From assembly GCA_963422365.1 (NCBI GenBank), contig OY729426.1:2080001-2144000 (forward strand): a stretch of DNA of 64,000 bases. Reading direction: 5' to 3'. Made by a program: the position numbers and the translations under genes. Position 1 is the stretch's first letter. Each line of letters starts with the position of its first letter. The notes beneath the pieces were generated by a model, which saw nothing but the letters and a program-made list of their open reading frames with translations, made no database searches and was not told the origin of the DNA. Below are positions 60,774 through 64,000 of this stretch, piece by piece. This DNA is from Nitrospirales bacterium (GTDB taxonomy: Bacteria > Nitrospirota > Nitrospiria > Nitrospirales > UBA8639).

Positions 60774-61954
60774 TGCCCTATGCCTTGGTTCACTATCATG
60801 AGCTAGCGCTCAAGGGCCGCAACCGCGGATTTTTTGAACACCGATTGATTCACCATCTCCAAAACTCTCTTAAAAAGACGAACGTCACCGAAATCAAATC
60901 GCTTTCAGGTCGTATCAGGATAACCTTTACGAACAAGTCATCCTGGGAGGACATTCAGGATCGCATTCGTCATACCTTTGGCGTGGCGAATTATTCCTTG
61001 GCCTATTCCCTTCCGATCGACTATGACCCACCCGATATCAAACCACTTTGCGAAGCCATTGAAGCCGCCCTTCAATCGAAAACGTTTGAGACTTTTCGTG
61101 TCACAACGAAACGCGCAGATAAACGGTTTTCAAAGACCTCTATTGCACTGAACAGAGAAATAGGCGCGTACTTGTGTGCCGTGACAGGGAAACGGGTGCG
61201 TCTCAATGCAGCAGACATCAATATTGTCGTTGAAGTCGTCGATCACACCACCTACTTCTCGCTCGTTAAATACCCGGGGCCCGGAGGACTCCCCACGGGC
61301 ATCAGTCGCAACGTGCTCTGCCTCATTTCAGGAGGCATCGACTCACCGGTGGCCGCCTATCGGATAATGAAGCGGGGCTGCAAGGCCATTTTTGTTCATT
61401 TTCACAGCCGGCCTTATCTTTCACGAACCTCTGAAGAAAAAGTCCGCGATCTCGTCTCCCTTCTCACGCGCTATCAATTAGCAACTCGCTTATACCTCGT
61501 CCCGTTTGGGGAGCTTCAACGCAAAATTGTCGTTGGCTCTCGCGCTTCTATTCGAGTTGTCCTCTATCGGCGGATGATGATGCGAATTGCGGAGCAACTG
61601 GCCGAAAAAGAACACTGCTGGGGTTTGGTCACCGGTGATAGTCTCGGGCAAGTCGCCTCCCAAACCGCAGAAAATCTCCAAACCGTGAGCCAAGTGGCTC
61701 ACCTCCCTATTCTTCGTCCATTGATTGGCATGGACAAACTCGAAATTACCAACGAAGCCCAACGAATCGGAACCTTTGAAACGTCTATTGAACCGGATCA
61801 AGATTGTTGTACGTTGTTTGTTCCACGTCATCCAAATACGCGCTGTCAACTCGACACCATCCAACAAGCCGAAAATCTGCTGCCTATCCAGGAGATGGTC
61901 CAGGAAGGGATGGAAACCGCCGAACTCGCCGAGTTTTCTTTTCATGATTCCTAG
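60773..61954 (+). CDS. thiI: tRNA 4-thiouridine synthase (THUMP + PP-loop, no rhodanese domain)
   Basis: YHELALKGRNR, LISGGIDSPVA, TGDSLGQVASQT, DCC; ATG overlaps the trxB stop (TAATG). Confidence 0.95.
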   Translation: MPYALVHYHELALKGRNRGFFEHRLIHHLQNSLKKTNVTEIKSLSGRIRITFTNKSSWEDIQDRIRHTFGVANYSLAYSLPIDYDPPDIKPLCEAIEAALQSKTFETFRVTTKRADKRFSKTSIALNREIGAYLCAVTGKRVRLNAADINIVVEVVDHTTYFSLVKYPGPGGLPTGISRNVLCLISGGIDSPVAAYRIMKRGCKAIFVHFHSRPYLSRTSEEKVRDLVSLLTRYQLATRLYLVPFGELQRKIVVGSRASIRVVLYRRMMMRIAEQLAEKEHCWGLVTGDSLGQVASQTAENLQTVSQVAHLPILRPLIGMDKLEITNEAQRIGTFETSIEPDQDCCTLFVPRHPNTRCQLDTIQQAENLLPIQEMVQEGMETAELAEFSFHDS

Positions 61955-62150
61955 TCTTCTGTTCGCTCCTCGACTTGTCCTGTCGTGTCGCCGCCTTCTT
62001 CTAGAAAGGCCGCATGAGATGCGGCCCTACAGGACGAAAAAAAGGACGTCGACACCTTTGGTTCGTTGACAAGACTTTGACTCGGTCGATATAGTACTCT
62101 TCGCTTCTTAACCCTTTCTTTTCACTCACCTCTTCAACTCGAAAGCCATC

Positions 62151-62966
62151 ATGTCTGATTCTATTACACCCTTTACTTTGAACCAAATCGGGTATAAATC
62201 CGTTCGTTTTTCCAGTAAAGGAATTTTTGATACCCATAAAGACCAAATGGTCGACCCCTATGCCGCCACGAAGATCCCAAAAGAACATCAAGTCCAAGGC
62301 CTTCAGTTTTGGCCACAAGAAAAGGGGAAATTCCCTTCTGTTGTTCTGCTTCACGGAAAATGGGGGTTAACGCCGGACTCAAAAGAGTTGGCCATGCGAC
62401 TGGCCTGTGAAGGCTATGTGGTCATGGTCCCCAACTTGTATGGCCGACAGGGCGGCATGGTCACGGCCAATGCCGAGGTGGCCGATGCTCTCTCAGAAAG
62501 AATTGACCTCACGACAGTCCTGCAGGATATCAATGCATCATGCGAATTTCTGAATGCGAATCTACCCGAAGACCCTAATATGGAATTTACGCTGCGGAAC
62601 GCGCATGCCGCAGTGGGATTAGGCTTGGGCGGAACCTTAGCCCTCCTCTTTGCCCTCAAACGAAAGCGGTTGCGAGCAGCCGTTTCCTTTTACGGGAAAC
62701 TTCCCGACCCTCTTGACTCAATCAAGAATATGTATTGCCCTTTCCTGTATCATGCTGCTGAAGTGGATGATACCGTGACAGCCGAGGGCCTTGCACAACT
62801 GACAAAAATCTCACAGGAATCTGGGAAAACCGTAGAAATGCGCCAATATCCCGGCACCAGCAATGGGTTCTGCGACCAAGTGCAGCCCGCCCTCTACAAT
62901 GAATCAGCAGCCAAGCAAGCTTGGGACGACACCATCTCGTTTCTCAAAAAGCAATTACCCCTTTAA
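62151..62966 (+). CDS. Dienelactone hydrolase family protein (canonical GFCxG nucleophile replaced by GLGLG)
   Basis: VVLLH..WG, RLACEGYVVMVPNLY, AAVSFYG, YNESAAKQAW. Confidence 0.8.
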   Translation: MSDSITPFTLNQIGYKSVRFSSKGIFDTHKDQMVDPYAATKIPKEHQVQGLQFWPQEKGKFPSVVLLHGKWGLTPDSKELAMRLACEGYVVMVPNLYGRQGGMVTANAEVADALSERIDLTTVLQDINASCEFLNANLPEDPNMEFTLRNAHAAVGLGLGGTLALLFALKRKRLRAAVSFYGKLPDPLDSIKNMYCPFLYHAAEVDDTVTAEGLAQLTKISQESGKTVEMRQYPGTSNGFCDQVQPALYNESAAKQAWDDTISFLKKQLPL

Positions 62967-63039
62967 GCAGACCAAACTCATCGGGTCTCAATCAAAGCCA
63001 AAGCGCACCTTGATCATGTGTGTATTACATGGCATTCCA

Positions 63040-63450
63040 AACATTCTTCGTGTCGCGGGATTCAAATCACCCTGCTCGAGTCCCTATGTGTCCATAGGTT
63101 AGGGTTCTCGTCCTGCGGCTTTCTTAGTATGGCCGCACACTCTTGTGGCAAAGGACACTAATTTTGCAGATCTCCTGCGGAAAACAGGTCCTCAGACACA
63201 CACACCCTAAATCTTCGGTCCAGTGGTGCGGTGTTACGTTGCTCAACTCTCACGGAAGCTTTGCAGATCGCCATGCAATCGGATTTTGCGCTGACTGGCG
63301 GGGTTTACTCCCGAAACCCCTCCAATCTTTAGTTGGCTCGCGAAGTTTTTGACGTGGGTCATTCTTCTATTCATCGCCCAATCACCGGTCGGACGACAAC
63401 CCTTTGGCAGGCATCGCCCGTCAGGGGTGGGCACCAAGGCCGAAAGGAAC
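63040..63450 (+). pseudogene. Remnant of 1-pyrroline-5-carboxylate dehydrogenase (PutA/PruA aldehyde-dehydrogenase C-terminus)
   Basis: IFGPV / TEALQIAMQSDFALTGGVYSRNPSNL*LAREVFDVGH..IHRPITG / RQPFG.HRPSGVGTKA across frames, with a stop; left boundary approximate. Confidence 0.75.
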
Positions 63451-64000
63451 GGGGAGGTGCAACAATTCATGGTTCAACGGCTGACCGACGAGAACACCAT
63501 ACGTCGAGGTTTTGCGCCGACTGAGTAAAACCGTACCGCCTTGTAATTTGGCTTCTTCCAATTCCTCGGTAATTTCAATCAGCCGGCCCTTCCCATCGCC
63601 TGCCATCGGAACCATCTGACGCTCGATATACTTGACCAACCCCACACCTTTCACTAACCACAGCATCATGGTGTCAAATCCGGAGATCTGTGTGCCGTCA
63701 CCGGATAAATGCACGAACAACTTCATTTGCGCTTCCATGCGAACCGCTTTCTCATACGTCCCTAACGGCACCGTCACAGATTCTTGCCCATTGATGCTTA
63801 CCGTAGCTTGGATATCCACTGTTTCCGCTTGGCCGTCACGATCAAGATCCAATCCAAGGTTGAGAGTTTTTCGATCCAATTGATAAAAGGTACTCGGCAT
63901 TTCAAGAGGAAATCTCACAATTTGATAGGGAATTAACTGCCGTTCCAAGATCGTGCCAGGCTTGGATCCATAATAACGAATGCCTGCGGCATCACGAAGA
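63421..64000 (-). CDS. Hypothetical protein (5' end outside window)
   Basis: Open frame with ESVTVPLGTYEKA...WLVKGVGLVKY, a pattern seen in DUF3108-like beta proteins. Confidence 0.6.
   Translation of the reverse strand, partial: LRDAAGIRYYGSKPGTILERQLIPYQIVRFPLEMPSTFYQLDRKTLNLGLDLDRDGQAETVDIQATVSINGQESVTVPLGTYEKAVRMEAQMKLFVHLSGDGTQISGFDTMMLWLVKGVGLVKYIERQMVPMAGDGKGRLIEITEELEEAKLQGGTVLLSRRKTSTYGVLVGQPLNHELLHLPVPFGLGAHP

Overview
Chromosomal window from a bacterium. Gene content and order suggest Nitrospirota/Nitrospirales, possibly host-associated; this is an inference, not a database result. Most of the window is housekeeping: ftsB-eno; gatC-panD-gatA-DUF948-YtxH-gatB; radC; rsmD-coaD-aspC; skp; DAHP synthase; serS; rph-rdgB; three tRNAs (Ser-TGA, Pro-TGG, Arg-TCT); recN-trxA; msrA; copCD; VKOR-thioredoxin; coaE-trxB-thiI. 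The main accessory block (about 12.3-27.3 kb) is GC-rich. It encodes a 4375-aa repeat adhesin/autotransporter with about 31 Ig/Calx-beta-like repeats, a near-perfect 3699-bp internal tandem duplication, a 7 x 333-bp recombining array and a C8 tract in the leader. A collapsed, decayed paralogue lies beside it. Other unexplained structure: (1) a 474-bp inverted repeat of a dead SPFH gene bracketing 12.5 kb; (2) a 447-bp AT-rich in-frame insert inside a secreted-protein gene; (3) a 27-bp palindromic mini-element that is nested in itself and sits in frame in copD; (4) rdgB taking its stop codon from inside tRNA-Pro; (5) several pseudogenes, suggesting genome erosion. No CRISPR array, integrase, transposase or reverse transcriptase is visible.
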